Numbered from the stretch's first letter, positions 20,068 through 30,400 are shown. The stretch is DNA of 64,000 bases from Candidatus Omnitrophota bacterium (GCA_023247705.1 JAHFFY010000007.1:6934-70933), one strand, 5' to 3'. The notes: generated from the sequence alone by a model not told the origin. Translations and numbers: made by a program.

Positions 20068-20441
20068 TATTTCTCGGTCTTTTCTTGAGCGGCCACTTCC
20101 TCTAAAGCTTTTTTGCTGTATTTTTCAGGATCTTTATTAAAATCCTTGATGCACATTGTACAGCAAAGAGTGTACGCCTTACCTTGATATTCCAATTTGA
20201 CAGGCTCTCCCATACTTTCATCATGGACGGAATTGCCGCTGACCGGACAAATTTTATTACCGACTTCGACCAAATCAGATTTTTCATTTTCAACGATGGG
20301 TTGGCCATTCTCCTCGGTAGGAGCGGTCATCGCCGGAGCGGTTACGGCAGGGGCGGAAGCGACCTCTTCTCCATAGGCCAAAAAATAACCGTTCATTAAA
20401 AAAAGCGTCACAACAGAAAAAATCAATTTTAGTTTCATCAA
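20067..20441 (-). CDS. YHS/TRASH-domain metal-binding protein (secreted)
   Basis: 124 aa; signal peptide; CPVSGNSV...YQGKAYTLCCTMCIKDFNKDPEKY matches the YHS-domain pattern CPVxG...YxGxxYxFCxxxC...F..dPekY. Confidence 0.6.
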   Translation of the reverse strand: MMKLKLIFSVVTLFLMNGYFLAYGEEVASAPAVTAPAMTAPTEENGQPIVENEKSDLVEVGNKICPVSGNSVHDESMGEPVKLEYQGKAYTLCCTMCIKDFNKDPEKYSKKALEEVAAQEKTEK

Positions 20442-20510
20442 ACTCTCCTTATGCTGTTAGTTAAAAACGAAAATAAATTCAAAAACCAAAAAGATAAAAT
20501 TCGAAGATCA

Positions 20511-20954
20511 TTAAATTCGCAGGACAGCCAGTTTTAAATAGACCGGTTGATCAGCGGTCGCAATCAATGGCGGCGGTCTATTTTGGATAATAGAAAAAGG
20601 AAAAGAAATGATGTTTTGTAAAGATATGGGAACTTCCATCGATATATCAGGTGATTTTCTCTGATGAAAGTTCAGGAATGATTGCGTAAAGATATAAGGT
20701 TTATCGCCCGTGTTTAATATTTTAAGGCATAGACAATCTTTAGAATTGACAGGTTCTTTTTGCTTTTGAGCAGAACGTTCCGGATGGAAGGGACAATGTC
20801 CGCCGGCTGGTTGGAGATTCTTAACGAATGAATTATGCAGGCAACAGCAGATCATCGAAAGGGGGATCGCGAAGGCAAGAACAAAAACGACCACGATTTT
20901 TAATTGATCCTTCATAATGGTTCCCATCATATCGCAAATCACCAGGGCGATCAA
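20511..20954 (-). CDS. hypothetical Cys/His-containing membrane-anchored protein
   Basis: 147 aa ORF with hydrophobic N-terminus and a CCCLHNS...GGHCPFHPE cluster; no family recognised. Confidence 0.3.
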   Translation of the reverse strand: MIALVICDMMGTIMKDQLKIVVVFVLAFAIPLSMICCCLHNSFVKNLQPAGGHCPFHPERSAQKQKEPVNSKDCLCLKILNTGDKPYIFTQSFLNFHQRKSPDISMEVPISLQNIISFPFSIIQNRPPPLIATADQPVYLKLAVLRI

Positions 20955-21017
20955 GCCATAAAATAATTCCTAAAAAAAATTAAAAATTTTTCTTTTCGGT
21001 TCAGATTTATTCTGCCG

Positions 21018-21663
21018 ATCCCAGATTTAACGTCTTAATAACCGATTTTTGGGGATAAAAATAAACCCGACCAGAGCGTTCATCAACCAGATATTCCGGA
21101 TCTTGCTCATCAAAGATGATCTGTTGAGCCGTCTCGCCGTTTTCCATATTGATGACCACAAGACCGATCCCTTTGTCCTGCCCTCCTGGACGGTGGTTAA
21201 AATATAGGCGTATTCTTCACCGCTCTGGCTTTTGCTGTATCGTTGATCAAGATATTTATCCATACTCTGAAATGGAGATGTGATTCGACAACGAAGACTG
21301 CCCCGCCGCATAGCTAATCTGAGAAGCGGTCACCGACATAGCGGTTAAAGCGACCATCGCGGCCACGCCCAACCCTGAAACGCCCGGGGCCGCGAAATAA
21401 TCAGACCAGATAATCTCTTCCGTTTTCGAATCAAAGGCCAACAGATGCTGTTTTCCTCTCACGACCAGATTCCCATCGGATTCTTTGGTGATGACCACCG
21501 GGTCATCCTTGCGATCAGATCCCATCGCCAACTTGGCACCGGCTTTAAGCATCCCGCCTAAACCGCCGGTCAACGCTTTGACCCCGGTGCTGGCCACATC
21601 TGTCGTTCCGATATTGAGTTGAAATTCCAAGGGCAACCGGAATGTCTCTTTGACTTTACCCAT
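21018..21663 (-). pseudogene. PQQ/beta-propeller-repeat-like protein spread over three reading frames (two apparent frameshifts)
   Basis: ORF 21256..21663 (…DGNLVVRGKQHLLAFDSKTEEIIWS, PQQ-like) overlaps ORF 21027..21311 in a second frame; a third frame gives a protein-like C-terminus GIGLVVINMENGETAQQIIFDEQDPEYLVDERSGRVYFYPQKSVIKTLNLGSAE ending near 21018. Confidence 0.3.
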
Positions 21664-21808
21664 ACTTTTTTATCGATGCCGATGCCTGAACGCTGGGCCG
21701 ATTTCTTTCTAAAAAATGTTCGAGGGTATCTCTATACTCAATTGTTCGATAAGTACGCTGATACCCTCAAAAACATTCATCGCTTAAAAACCTCTCCCTT
21801 TATGCTTT

Positions 21809-22882
21809 TTAGGGAGATTCCATCGGAACGACATCAATCCTGATCTTCTCGAACCCCCGGATGATCGTTAAGGTCACAGCCTTGCCGATCGGCCACTGGG
21901 CCAGAAATCGATGCAAATCATCGACACTCGCAACGGTTTGTTCGTTAATCCCGATGATCGAATCAAACTCCCTTAAACGCGCCCGGTCCGCCGGGCTTCT
22001 CGGCTCGACCACTTCAATGCAGACGGCTGATTCGTTAGGCAGATTATAGTAGCGCGTGAACCGTCGGTCCAGTTTTGACTGCGCTCCGGCGATCCCTAAA
22101 TATCCCCGCACAACTTTTCCACGGGTCAATATCTGAGAGACCACCCATTGGACCGTATTGACGGGAATCGAAAAGCTTAAGCCCTGCGCCGCAAAGATGA
22201 TCGCGACGTTGATCCCGATCACTTTGCCGCGGGAATCGACCAGCGGCCCGCCGGAATTTCCCGGGTTTAACGGTGCCGTATGTTGAATGATATTTTCAAT
22301 CAACCGTCCATCCGGACTGCGCAAATGACGCCCAACGGCGCTGATGACCCCCGTTGAAACCGTCGACTGAAATCCCAACGGATTTCCGATCGCAATGGCC
22401 AATTGTCCGACCTTAAGCAACGACGAGTCACCTAAAGCCGCAAACGGTAATCGCGCGGCATTAATGCGGACAATTGCCAGATCCGTGGCCGGATCTTCTC
22501 CGATCAGCTGGGCGTCGTAATTGTCATGATTATCCAGCGTGACCGTCAGCCGTGTGGCGTTATGAACGACGTGACTGTTGGTCAGGATATATCCGTCCGG
22601 CGTAAAAAGAACTCCGGATCCAGCACCGCCTTCCTGCATCCCGTTTTTCTGAATCCGCTAGCCGATATTGATGCTGACCACCGATGGTCCAACCGTCTCG
22701 ACCACTTTGACCACCGCCCTCGAATAGGCGTCCAGCAAATCCGTGTCCGATTCGATCCGCGGATTCTGTGTTGGGCCTGAAAGAAGATCCTTGTGTTTGA
22801 CTTCTTCTTTCCCGGCTTCCAATCTTTCTTGAACACCCTCAACATACAAAAACTTACGATCTTCCCAATTGACAGCTTCCAT
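21809..22882 (-). pseudogene. HtrA/DegP-family (S1C) serine protease with PDZ domain, interrupted by a single in-frame TAG
   Basis: N-terminal piece (…VVKVVETVGPSVVSINIG) and C-terminal piece (MQEGGAGSGVLF…HVV…GNSGGPL…PDZ) share one reading frame separated only by TAG at 22658-22660 plus 6 sense codons; RBS AAGGAGG before ATG at 22882. Confidence 0.65.
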
Positions 22883-22898
22883 CTTCCTTGCCTCCTTG

Positions 22899-22916
22899 AA
22901 TACCAACTAGTTGGTA
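22899..22916. promoter_or_regulatory. perfect 18-bp palindrome ATACCAACTAGTTGGTAT, putative TetR operator, 17 bp upstream of the htrA-like start
   Basis: self-complementary over its full 18 bp; shares ATACC-N8-GGTAT architecture with the site upstream of tetR. Confidence 0.5.
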
Positions 22917-22937
22917 TGTTTTTTAATTTAAAAAAAA

Positions 22938-23531
22938 TTATTGCTTAAAAAGCATTCTAAAATAATTCTTTAAATGAGTTAAATTTTCTTTCACAACGGT
23001 TTTGTCCTGTTTCGCTTTCGCTAGAATCTGGGATCCTTCCAGGATCGAGATCCAATATTCCGCTAAAGCGCGCGGCTCGAATTTTGCTTTTGGAGCGTAC
23101 ATCTTCTTGGCGGCGGCCAAATCTTTCGCAATGCTTTCCGTCCATTGCGAAAATCCTTCGCAACAACGTTTCCTGATTGCGGGATGAGTGTCAAACAACT
23201 CTTGCGTCAGATATCCCATCAGGCAACCTGGCTTCCCCTGCGCTTCGAGCCCTTTGATGGATTCGTCGATGCGGTCTAAAATTTTCTGAAAAGGATCTTC
23301 CTGATCGTTCTTCGGGGTCGCAACGTGAATTTGTTCACAACAGGCTTCCAGCAGAACTGCCCCCAATGCTTCCTTGCTTTTAAAATAATGGAAAAATCCG
23401 CCTTTGGTTATTTTTAATTTCCGGCAGATTTCGTCGATGGATGTCGCGACGAAGCCTTTGCTGAGAATCAATTCCTCTGCGGTCTTGAGGATTTTTGCGC
23501 GCAACGATGAATTGGCTTTTTCTTTGACCAT
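22938..23531 (-). CDS. TetR/AcrR-family transcriptional regulator
   Basis: N-terminal HTH LRAKILKTAEELILSKGFVATSIDEICRKLKITKGGFFHYFKSKEAL; start probably ATG at 23531 (the ORF track extends to a TTG at 23564); divergent from the MFS transporter gene. Confidence 0.85.
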   Translation of the reverse strand: MVKEKANSSLRAKILKTAEELILSKGFVATSIDEICRKLKITKGGFFHYFKSKEALGAVLLEACCEQIHVATPKNDQEDPFQKILDRIDESIKGLEAQGKPGCLMGYLTQELFDTHPAIRKRCCEGFSQWTESIAKDLAAAKKMYAPKAKFEPRALAEYWISILEGSQILAKAKQDKTVVKENLTHLKNYFRMLFKQ

Positions 23532-23534
23532 AAC

Positions 23535-23555
23535 ATACCTACCAGTTGGTATGAT
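23535..23555. promoter_or_regulatory. second ATACC-N8-GGTAT palindrome (CATACCTACCAGTTGGTATG), putative TetR autoregulatory / divergent-promoter operator
   Basis: lies between the tetR start and the divergent MFS gene; same half-sites as the 22899-22916 site. Confidence 0.45.
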
Positions 23556-23674
23556 TATATGCAAAATTAGAGCGATTGTAAATCTTTTTTTATTTTTATT
23601 CGGCAGCCGTACGATTTTATCTTATTTGGAATTGACAATCGTGATCCACTTATAGTAGAGTGCTCATCTAAAGA

Positions 23675-24952
23675 ATGAAAGGGCCAATGGAAACCAGGAA
23701 ACCAAACGACCCGTTCGCCGCGCTCAAAATACGGGACATCTGCTATTTTATTGCCTCCATCGCCTCGGCCGGGCTGGCCAACCGCGCGATGGTGGTGGTC
23801 ATCGGCTACCAGATTTATCAAATCACCAAAAGCCCTCTCGCCTTAGGATGGATGGGACTGGTTGAAGCGATTCCGGCGATTTCTTTGTCTCTGTTCGGCG
23901 GTTACGTGGCCGACCATCATGACCGCAGATCAATCCTGCTCATCACCAAAGTTGTTTCGGCGCTGTGCGCGGTCTTTCTGAGCTTTTTATCACTGCATTT
24001 AACTTCGGCGAATATTGTTTGGATTTACGTGACGATCTTCGCGGCCGGACTGGCCAGAGGGTTTTCCGATCCGGCCCATACCGCTTTCGAAGCCCAAGTC
24101 GTTCCCAAAAAATTGACCGTCAATGCCGCGTCCTGGATCGGCAGCACCTGGATCACCTCTTCCATCATCGGACCGGCGCTGGTCGGATTTAGTTATGATC
24201 TTCTTGGAGTGCCGAAAACATATTTGATCCTCGCGTTATTTTTTCTTTTATCGTGGATCAGCATCTTCCGGATTGCTAAAAAACCTTTTGTGAAACCGGC
24301 GCCAAAAGAGCCCCTCTTTAAAAGCATCGAGATTGGATTACGTTTTGTCTTCAAAGAACAGGCCTTGATCGGTTCGATGAGCCTGGATTTGTTCGCCGTC
24401 TTCTTTGGAGGCGCGATCGCGCTGCTTCCTATTTTTGCGACGGATATTCTTCACGTGGGGCCGCGTGGGTTCGGATTATTAAACGCGGCCCCTTCGCTGG
24501 GCGCACTCCTGATCATGCTATGGTCGACTCGCCATCCGCCCATCCGCAATGCCGGAGCGAATCTTTTGTTCTGCGTTACCGGATTTGGAATAAGCATGAT
24601 CGTTTTTGCATCTTCCAAAAATTTTATTTTATCTCTACTGGCCTTAATCTTCAGCGGGATATTCGATGGGATCAGCATGGTGATCCGCCGCTCCATCGTC
24701 CGGCTTCTTTCTCCGGAACATCTTCGCGGCCGGGTGGCATCGGTGAGCTGGATCTTTATCGGGGCTTCGAATGAATTGGGCGCGTTTGAAAGCGGAATCG
24801 CCGCCCATTGGCTGGGAACAATACCGGCGGTGTGGCTCGGAGGAATGGTGACATTGTTCGTTGTTTCAATAACCTATATCTTTGCGCCCAAATTACGCTC
24901 TTTACATTTAGATCCGCAAGAAATTGGTCCCAATAAAAATAATCTTTATTGA
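23675..24952 (+). CDS. MFS transporter (putative efflux pump, TetR-controlled)
   Basis: 425 aa, about 12 TM segments, MFS motif GGYVADHHDRRSIL; TGA stop. Confidence 0.85.
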   Translation: MKGPMETRKPNDPFAALKIRDICYFIASIASAGLANRAMVVVIGYQIYQITKSPLALGWMGLVEAIPAISLSLFGGYVADHHDRRSILLITKVVSALCAVFLSFLSLHLTSANIVWIYVTIFAAGLARGFSDPAHTAFEAQVVPKKLTVNAASWIGSTWITSSIIGPALVGFSYDLLGVPKTYLILALFFLLSWISIFRIAKKPFVKPAPKEPLFKSIEIGLRFVFKEQALIGSMSLDLFAVFFGGAIALLPIFATDILHVGPRGFGLLNAAPSLGALLIMLWSTRHPPIRNAGANLLFCVTGFGISMIVFASSKNFILSLLALIFSGIFDGISMVIRRSIVRLLSPEHLRGRVASVSWIFIGASNELGAFESGIAAHWLGTIPAVWLGGMVTLFVVSITYIFAPKLRSLHLDPQEIGPNKNNLY

Positions 24953-25047
24953 GCTTCTTTCTATTAAATTAAACGACACTCTAAATCTCTCGCCAGCGTT
25001 GATGTCGGAAGCGAGAGATTTAGAGTTGGGAAGGAAAAGCTCAATAA
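24946..25047. repeat. ~100-bp nested palindromic intergenic repeat (copy A) between convergent genes
   Basis: TTATTGAGCTT...CTCTAAATCTCTCGCC...GCGAGAGATTTAGAG...AAGCTCAATAA; near-identical to copy C at 53830-53926. Confidence 0.7.
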
Positions 25048-25070
25048 CAATTTTCACAGCCAGGATTCTT

Positions 25071-26690
25071 CTAAAATTTTTTTTCCAAATCTTTAATCAT
25101 ATCTGCAATCTCTTGATGCACCCCGGTCAAATCGATCACACTCAACCCAAGTTGCAACTGTTCTTGCGGAAACGTCAGATTGTCGCTGATCAATAATCGG
25201 TAAGACACGGGATGAGACACATGCTTAGGTTGCAACATAAAATCGACGACGAACAAATCTCCTTCCATATGCCCGGTCAGGTTAATTATTTTTATCCACC
25301 GCTCCCAAGCGATTTCTTTGATGGCTAAGGTCGTGACCAGATAAGCCGTCCCGGGAATATCTAAATTAAACAGACCCAGTTCATCATATCGAGAGTGAAG
25401 CATCGGATTTTTGTTGAGGATAAAATGAATGCGCCGGCTTTTTTCCATGGGGAATAAAGAAAGCTGTTTCTTAACATCATTGAATTCCATAGCACAAGGC
25501 AGTACCCGGTATAACAAAATCGTCCGGGCTGCTTGATACGCGCCGTAACCAGAACCGCAGATCAAAATCATGGTCAAAAACAACCCCCGCCAGCGTTTCG
25601 GGATAAACAAATGCCATTCATAAACCGCCCAGATCAGAAGAAAAACAATAACGGTCGTCACCCCGACGCAACACCGGTACCAGGGGGCGTTGCCTTGTGC
25701 AGCCAGATTAGGCAAGAAACTCAAAATCAGGAAACCCGGCAGCAAAACCACGCCCAGCAATAAATCCCGGATAACACTTCGTTGATCAGGTTCGTGATGA
25801 CATCGTTTGGAAATCCGGAGGCAAAATGCGGAAAGAATGACGGTTGCAACCAGGAAACTCACATTCTGTATTGGAAATATATTCCACAGATTCAAAGAAC
25901 TGAAAACAACCTCATCTTTGAACCAGCTGAATTTCTGAAAATAATTCCAAGTCATCTGTGTAGGATCATAAAGTTTCCAGCTTTCGTCATAATGAAAAGA
26001 CGGTTTTACGCACTTGAGAATCACGGCGTAAATCATGATGACGGTCATCCCAACGGCAAATGTATTGAAAAGATGTTTCTTTTGTTCAGACCGATCGCCC
26101 TGATAACAGTTGAACAAAAAAATTCCCGCATTCACCGCCCAGAAAAACATGGCCCCAGGCGGATAAAACATCAAAGCAATCATCAACAAGAATGCGGATT
26201 GAAAAGTGTGTCGATCGTTTAAGTCTTTACTTCGAGTCAAAATCACGGTGGCCAAAAAGGAATAGAAGACGGATGCGAAATGAAAGATAATTCCCGATGA
26301 AGCCATCCAGACCTGAAAAGGCGGCTGGGTGAAAACGATGAGGACCGCGCAAAACCCCTGCGCCGGATTGACGGATTTCTGTTTGAGCCACCCGATGGTC
26401 ATCGTCCCCATGAGACTTAACAGGACCAGATTCAAGAATCGTAATATGTGAAGATCCACGATCCTGTTCAAAACATTCTGCAGACTCATCCCGACGATCG
26501 CTCCAATAAACCGGCCGCTGAAGAAGTCGTGAATATAACACGGAATGGGTAACCCCTTGGCAAATAAAACAACCTCATCGTGAAAAGCAAAATCAAACGC
26601 GAAAATCGGCCAATACGCAAAATAGAAAATGGTCAGAAAACTTAGAAAGATAAAAAGTTGTCCCGGAATTTTCTTTTTTTCGTAAGACAT
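25071..26690 (-). CDS. polytopic membrane protein, GT-C-type glycosyltransferase-like (PMT/ArnT-like DE motif)
   Basis: 539 aa with more than 10 predicted TM segments; AFHDEV motif in the first loop; TAG stop; 7-nt gap to the upstream gene. Confidence 0.4.
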   Translation of the reverse strand: MSYEKKKIPGQLFIFLSFLTIFYFAYWPIFAFDFAFHDEVVLFAKGLPIPCYIHDFFSGRFIGAIVGMSLQNVLNRIVDLHILRFLNLVLLSLMGTMTIGWLKQKSVNPAQGFCAVLIVFTQPPFQVWMASSGIIFHFASVFYSFLATVILTRSKDLNDRHTFQSAFLLMIALMFYPPGAMFFWAVNAGIFLFNCYQGDRSEQKKHLFNTFAVGMTVIMIYAVILKCVKPSFHYDESWKLYDPTQMTWNYFQKFSWFKDEVVFSSLNLWNIFPIQNVSFLVATVILSAFCLRISKRCHHEPDQRSVIRDLLLGVVLLPGFLILSFLPNLAAQGNAPWYRCCVGVTTVIVFLLIWAVYEWHLFIPKRWRGLFLTMILICGSGYGAYQAARTILLYRVLPCAMEFNDVKKQLSLFPMEKSRRIHFILNKNPMLHSRYDELGLFNLDIPGTAYLVTTLAIKEIAWERWIKIINLTGHMEGDLFVVDFMLQPKHVSHPVSYRLLISDNLTFPQEQLQLGLSVIDLTGVHQEIADMIKDLEKKF

Positions 26691-26697
26691 AACACAA

Positions 26698-27474
26698 TTA
26701 TGAATGATTTATTTTTTGCCGCGTCTGGATCTGACGCAGGGCGTTCACATCCAGATGAGCTTCATCGGCCTGGGCGATGACTCTTTGCAATCTCGCGAGG
26801 GCTGTCCGCCCCATACATTTGTGATTCCAATCGCCTTCAAAGGCTTTCCGCATGCCCTGGATCAAGGGCGCGCGGTCCAATTGTCTTCCAATCAATTTGA
26901 ATTGGACATCCAACACATCACTGGCAACGCCCCGGGCAAACGGTTCGTGTTTAGACCAAAGTTCGCCGACGGTCCCGCCGACTTCTAATCCGGCGATATT
27001 GATCGTCAGAATATAAAGATTTTTTAAAACTAGCTCGAAAAGAAGTTCCTCTGTGCTTTTAAGAACACGGGTTGAGATCTGAAAATTTTTTAAGACCGTT
27101 TCAATCAACGGCGCATGAGGGCCAAAGACAGGAGACGGAATGATGACCTTGTAATCTTGCGGCCATTTTTTTTCGAACCATATCGAAATCACCGTCGGGT
27201 GCGCAAGGCCATGCCTTTCCCAATCGCAGGGAAGAAGTTCGTTTTGCACCAAGACAAGCCGGTCATGCCAAACCCGCGGGAGCGCGGATAAACACGCACT
27301 GAAATCTTTTTCCGCGACCGAGATAACGATCACCTCCGGATCAATCGCCTTTTCCAGCTTCGATAAATCCATACCGCGCAAAACCGGATAAACGGGATGT
27401 CCGGCTTTAAGAAACCCTCTGGCAAAAACACCACCGATCTCTCCCATCCCTACAATGCAGACTTGTCTTTTCAT
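26698..27474 (-). CDS. NAD(P)-binding oxidoreductase, ketopantoate-reductase (PanE/ApbA)-like
   Basis: 258 aa; N-terminal Rossmann motif VCIVGMGEIGGVFARGFLKAGHPV; 15-nt gap to the RND gene. Confidence 0.45.
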   Translation of the reverse strand: MKRQVCIVGMGEIGGVFARGFLKAGHPVYPVLRGMDLSKLEKAIDPEVIVISVAEKDFSACLSALPRVWHDRLVLVQNELLPCDWERHGLAHPTVISIWFEKKWPQDYKVIIPSPVFGPHAPLIETVLKNFQISTRVLKSTEELLFELVLKNLYILTINIAGLEVGGTVGELWSKHEPFARGVASDVLDVQFKLIGRQLDRAPLIQGMRKAFEGDWNHKCMGRTALARLQRVIAQADEAHLDVNALRQIQTRQKINHS

Positions 27475-27489
27475 ACTATTCTCTCTAGC

Positions 27490-30400
27490 TTACTGCGCCC
27501 AGCTTCCTCCCAACGCTTTAATTAACTGGACGGTCGATACGAGACTCCGATTAAGGATCTGAATGGATTGAAGTTCCGCCTGCAGCCGTGATCGTTCGGC
27601 GTCGGCCACCTCGAGAAAATTGACCAATCCCTGACTGTAACGGGATTTGGCCATACCGGCCGATTGTTGCGCGGCATCCACAACCACTTTTTGAATATCC
27701 CATTGCTCCCGTCCCAGCCGAATACGCACCAGCGCATCTTCCACTTCACCGAACGCGACGAGAACACGCTTGCGGTAAGTCGCGACTGCTTTATCGTACT
27801 GGCTCTTGGCCGCCTGCAGGTTCGCTTTATTTTTGCCGCCGTTGAACACAGGCAAAAACACATCCGGTCCCACTGACCACATACGACTCTCCCAATTAAA
27901 CAACGAACTCAACTCCATACTTTCAAACCCCGTTTTTCCCGTCAATGAAATCTTTGGGAAAAAAGCAGCTTGCGCGACACCGATCTGGGCGTTGGCCGCG
28001 GCCATCAGACGTTCCGCTTCGGCGATATCCGGACGGCGTTCCAATAAATTTGAGGTTAATCCGGGAGGAATGATCGGCGGGATGAGATCAAGAGGTTTTG
28101 TTTCGATTTTAAATTCGGCGGCGGACTTTCCGCATAACACGGCCAAGGTGTTTTCAATTTCTGCCCGTTGCCGGGCCACATCGATCTTGGCGGCCTGCAC
28201 TCCGGCTAATTCCGTCTGGGCCCGCGAGACATCCAGTTCGCTGACCAAACCGGCTTTAAAACGGTTTTCGACAACCGATAACGCATCGGTCCGTAAAAGC
28301 ATGCTCTTCTCTAATATCTGCACCTCGGATTCCAATTCCCTTAACATAAAATAATTTCTGGCCACATCCGCGGTCAGGGTTAACGAAACAGTCTGAAAAG
28401 CGGCCTCGCTCGCTTGCGCTTCGGCCAAAGCGGCATCGGAAGACGACTTCACCCGTCCCCAAAGATCCACTTCATAGCTAAGGTCCAACGGAACTTCATA
28501 AGAATTACTTGGGTTCTTCGGGGAAAAATCTCCAAACGTGTTTTGTGATGTCCGTTCCCGGGTGTATTGTGCCGATAAGTTAGCTTCCGGATAAAAGGCC
28601 GATTGATTCAGTTTAGCGACCGCACGGGCCTGATTCAAACTGGCCAGAGCGATCTTTAAATCCTGATTGAAATGCATCGCTTCTTTTTCCAAATCATTTA
28701 AAAGCGGATCATTGAAAACCATCCACCATTCCCCTTGGGCAACATGATCACGCGGGCTGGCCTCTTTCCACGCCGGGTCGGTGGTTTTCCAATCGGCGGG
28801 GATACTGGCCTCGGGAATATGATAACGCGGGGCGCGCATACAACCGCTCAAGAAAACAATCAGGATCATCGCCGCGCCAGCGGTCTTGATCACAGATTGA
28901 TTGAAGTTGGAAAGATTCGTGGGCGGCGCCATTTTATTTTTCCTGGGACTCAAAAGAACATAAACCACCGGAATAACAAAAAGCGTCAAAAAAGTACTGG
29001 TCAACATACCTCCGACGGCAGCGACTCCTAACGGCCGGCGACTTTCTCCACCGGCACCGAAACCGATCGCGATCGGAAGAATCCCAGCGATCGTCGCGGT
29101 GGCGGTCATGAGAATCGGTCGCAATCTGATCAAACCGGCCGCCAGCATCGCCTCGCGCGCCGTTTTTCCCTTGCGGATTTGCTGATTGGCAAAATCGACG
29201 AGTAGGATTCCATTCTTCGTAACAAGTCCGATCAAAAGCAAAAACCCGATCTGGCTGAAAAGGTTAATCCCCATCGCCGGAATTCTCGGAATTTTTCCCG
29301 ACAGCCAATGTCCCGGCGGGATCGTCATTCCCCAATGATCGATCAGACTCACACACCAAAGACCACCGAAGGCGCCAAAGGCCGCGAGAGGAACGGTCAG
29401 CATCACGGTCAAAGGATGGACGAGACTCTCAAACTGAGAGGCCAAAACCATGTAAATCACCAGAACCGCCAGAATCAATACAATGAAAATATCCCTGCCG
29501 GATTCGATCAAGTCCCGGGCCTCCCCGGTCCATTCATAACGGAAATCCGCCGGTAAATCCGTTTTAAGCAGGTTCTGAACTTTCTGGACGGCCACCCCCA
29601 ACGGCACGCCGACCGGAGTCCCTTCGATAATCGCGGAACGAAAACGATTAAAATGCTGAATAGCACTCGGTCCCGCTCCCGTCTCATAAGATACAACATT
29701 ATTTAATTGGATCAACTCTCCATGAACGTTTCGCACATAAAGACGTTCCAGATCCGACGGAGTCAAACGGGATTCCCGCTTAAGCTGGACAATGACATCA
29801 TATTCCTTTCCAGAAAGATTCAGTTTACTCAGATCCAATCCTCCGAAAAGAATCTGCAGCGTGTGAGAAATATCTTCGACAGAAACGCCTAAGGCCGCCG
29901 CGCGATTACGGTCGATCAATATTCTTAACTCCGGTTTATTCAGCTCGAAGGTCGAACGGACATTCGCCAGATATCCTGATGTGCGCAGTTTGCCGCTCAA
30001 TTCATCCGCATAGCGGCTGATCGCATTTAAATCGGTTCCCTGGAGAACAAGCTGAAAAGGCTGGGTGAATCCGCCACCGATCGATTTGGGAATGATCGGG
30101 ATGACGATCGCGCCTTCGATATTTTGAAAAAATTTTGAACCGAACCCAAACGGACCACCGACGATGTCGCGCACATGCCGTTTGCGATCTTCTTTCAAAC
30201 GGATAAATGAAAGCCCCTCGGCCGCCCGGCCCGGTCCGCTGCGGGCTAAAGCGACCGCGGAGAAATATCCTTCCACCTCCGGTGTTTGAGCAATAATCTC
30301 CTCTGCTTTCTTCACCATGCGGTCGGTATATTCGCTGGTGGATCCTTCCGGAGCGACGACAATACAAAACAGACGCCCTTTATCTTCTTCAGGCATGAAT

